Part shown: one piece after another, positions 36,101 to 36,271 of the stretch
Layout of the letters: the number at the start of each line of letters is the position of its first letter
Position numbering within the stretch: the first letter of the stretch is position 1
Translations under genes and position numbers: made by a program
The notes under the pieces: model-generated
Seen by the model: only the letters and a program-made list of their open reading frames with translations
The model's database searches: none
What the model was told of the DNA's origin: nothing
NCBI GenBank assembly: GCA_964487825.1
Contig: CAZASO010000005.1
Coordinates: forward strand, 1 to 36,271
DNA length: 36,271 bases
DNA from: an uncultured Gammaproteobacteria bacterium
GTDB lineage: Bacteria; Cyanobacteriota; Vampirovibrionia; LMEP-6097
Direction: 5' to 3'

Positions 36101-36109
36101 TTGTTATAA
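36101..36109 (+). promoter_or_regulatory. Extended -10 promoter element (TGtTATAAT), candidate promoter of tRNA-Ile
   Basis: An exact TGnTATAAT match lies 39 nt upstream of the tRNA 5' end. The only -35-like hexamer is weak (TAGACT, at 15-nt spacing). This is a motif match only. Confidence 0.35.
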
Positions 36110-36147
36110 TTTATGGCTGTTTGTCCAACGAGGACGGATTTTCGCAA

Positions 36148-36224
36148 GGGCCTTTAGCTCAGTTGGTTAGAGCGCACGCTTGATAAGCGTGAGGTCCGGT
36201 GTTCAAATCACCGAAGGCCCACCA
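36148..36224 (+). tRNA. tRNA-Ile (anticodon GAU), CCA encoded, not linked to an rRNA operon in this window
   Basis: Cloverleaf with acceptor stem GGGCCTT/AAGGCCC and D arm GCTC-AGTTGGTTA-GAGC. The anticodon arm is CACGC-TTGATAA-GCGTG and the T arm is CGGTG-TTCAAAT-CACCG, followed by A and CCA. Confidence 0.95.
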
Positions 36225-36271
36225 CTATATGTTAATGAAAAATTTAAGAAGCTGTGTTTATGGTTAATATA

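Noticed and set aside
1-36271. Whole-window search for mobile elements, prophage genes, toxin-antitoxin pairs, restriction-modification or other defence systems, CRISPR arrays and rRNA.
   Set aside because: No transposase, integrase, recombinase, nuclease/methylase or Cas-like motif was recognisable in any ORF of 60 aa or more. No direct-repeat/spacer architecture was seen. Both tRNA genes have intact flanks with no adjacent integrase or att-like duplication.

Overview
This is a 36.3-kb, gene-dense chromosomal segment from an AT-rich (judged by eye, not computed) diderm bacterium. LpxI, an MCE/MlaD-family protein and type IV pilus genes support the diderm call. I cannot assign a taxon from the sequence alone. 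The standard genetic code fits. CDS coordinates include the stop codon, as in the ORF track. I support about 32 CDS and 2 tRNA genes, almost all core housekeeping or metabolism:
- Transport: an MCE-domain protein, cstA, a Na/Pi cotransporter and a sodium:solute symporter.
- hisI.
- A partial methionine-salvage operon, mtnB-mtnD-mtnC.
- A minus-strand run fusA-trpG/pabA-anmK-pyk.
- Type IV pilus genes at two spots: pilD plus a PilM/PilN-like fusion, and pilT plus an unknown membrane protein.
- folK, rimI, dcd and pheT.
- An arginine succinyltransferase (AST) cluster, M20 hydrolase-astA-astD-astB.
- A retropepsin-like protease, priA, an HDOD protein, lpxI and deoB.
- tRNA-Val(UAC) and tRNA-Ile(GAU).

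Many neighbouring genes overlap at stop/start (TAATG, ATGA, or 8- to 23-nt overlaps), and divergent intergenic spacers are as short as 25-30 nt.

I found no rRNA, CRISPR array, transposase, integrase or phage gene, and no recognisable toxin-antitoxin or defence system. I do not see a convincing novel multi-gene system here. The observations most worth following up are:
1. A mosaic REP/MITE-like palindromic repeat family. It supplies the C-terminus and stop codon of one ORF, and a related palindromic insertion of about 60 codons sits in-frame inside mtnB.
2. An AST operon that lacks astC and astE but is led by an intact M20 (CPG2/DapE-like) hydrolase, which could be a non-orthologous desuccinylase.
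3. A membrane protein next to pilT with a tandem repeat and a possible Roadblock/MglB-like C-terminal domain.
4. A C9 homopolymer at codons 4-7 of a small orphan ORF.

All functional calls rest on my recognition of motifs in the translations. No database search was run.
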